The translations under genes were made by a program, and so were the position numbers. Below are positions 62,751 to 64,000 of a stretch of 64,000 nucleotides of DNA, in pieces; position 1 is the stretch's first letter, and every line of letters begins with the position of its first letter. The DNA comes from Magallana gigas (lineage: Eukaryota). Under the pieces are notes generated by a model. It was not told where the DNA came from, did no database searches, and was given only the letters and a program-made list of their open reading frames with translations. Location of the stretch: contig NC_088858.1 of the NCBI RefSeq assembly GCF_963853765.1, positions 42,222,001 through 42,286,000 of the forward strand, written 5' to 3'.

Positions 62751-64000
62751 ATCAAGCAAACTAATGAAATTCAAGACCCTTGGATAAGAGCACTATTCAA
62801 CATTATATGTGAATCTAAATTTCTAAATAATGGTCACAATAAAACTTTGAAAAGTACTTACTTCTGTGGTTTTGTATCAATCACGCAAAAATAAAATCAC
62901 AAGCACAAAACTAGCTTTCAATTTCTTATGGTTTAAAATGGCCAGAAAATGCAAGATTTAAAATCCATGAGGGGTCTTTTCACAATTTTGCTCTGATATT
63001 AGTTCAGAATCCTTGCATTTATAGGAATCTATGACAACACAAAAATACATTTACTTCAAACAAATATCATCATTCTAAGTCTTTGATCAAATCAAAGGGC
63101 ATTATGTTTCCATTCCCTTATGAGGAATATACATGTCAAATCACTTCACCATTTCATTTTACCATAGATTCATATCTCTAGAGGCCTCACATTATTATTT
63201 AGTCTACCTGATCTTGCAATCATTATGTTAAAATTAGTTATGTATTTTTACACCACCCCCTCCTCCTCATTCACCAGTAGGCAATAGAATGACTTTTATC
63301 AATGATTATATACAGACAAATTAGAAGACTGTAAGATTAATTGAAATCACTTCTTCACATCATATAGTAAGGTTGTAAGAAAATAGTTTGATGTCGCCTA
63401 ATCAAAATAAGCAGCTGAGCTTTTCATCGTATAGAAATGCAAACATTCAAGTAATGGTCACAGCATATGTATTTGTTGGTGATGAATCTACAGGTCATTC
63501 ATTCACAAATGAATTTCTGTCAACTCTCTCAAAGAAGCAACCATAATTTTCCTGTTTTTAGATGTTTGGGTGCAACTTGTGTTTAACAGATTCCATCATT
63601 CCACAGATAAAATAATTGCTTAAGGCTCAAATAGTAACAAAATTCAAGAATATTTTTACTTCTTACAGTTGTATTAAAACTAAGGCTAACCCATTAATTT
63701 CTTACATACTACATAAACTCTAATTGTGACATACTTCCTATGGAAATAAACAATAAAATCAAGTATAATTTTATATTAAATTCTTTCTTTTCCAAAATTG
63801 ATACTGTAGATTCCTTATTTAACACCAGTACTGAATTCTGCGATTGAACCATTCTCTGCCGAATTGCAAGAATATATCACAAACAACAAATTTTTATCAG
63901 TTTCATTCAGTTTACATCTGTCCAAAAAATAAAAGCGAGATTATAAAACCTGCAAGATAAGTTTCTTGCGATTTCAAGCGGATATGAATTACTTGCATCA

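Overview
AT-rich animal (eukaryotic, intron-containing) DNA. The repeat families resemble those of bivalve molluscs such as oysters (inference from recalled repeat signatures, not a database hit). No prokaryotic systems or CRISPR arrays are present. All genes were reconstructed by hand from GT-AG splice sites and phase continuity. (1) The 3' part (12 exons, 12-6399, +) of a VWA7-like protein with a C-terminal transmembrane helix; two antisense tRNA-Ser(AGA) genes lie in a tandem duplication inside one intron. (2) Two paralogous 3-exon genes on the minus strand encoding signal peptide + PAN/Apple domain + C-terminal coiled coil. Copy A (15152-22559) is intact at 160 aa. Copy B (30169-32943) is disabled by a frameshifting deletion and by a fold-back inversion that forms a perfect 59-bp hairpin. 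(3) A minus-strand gene (41114-47286) encoding an N-terminal Gly2/polybasic segment, about 540 aa of aromatic-free acidic disordered sequence and a C-terminal AMPK-beta-type CBM48 glycogen-binding module, with no AMPK alpha/gamma-binding domain. This is the most novel-looking item: a candidate membrane-to-glycogen tether. The 6.4-39.3 kb region is dense in non-autonomous, often nested transposons (Kolobok-like TTAA elements, Harbinger-like, Helitron/HINE, MITEs, a Sola transposase relic, a SINE). The 47.3-60.7 kb region is non-coding and has few recognisable TEs. There is a 140-N assembly gap at 14928-15067.
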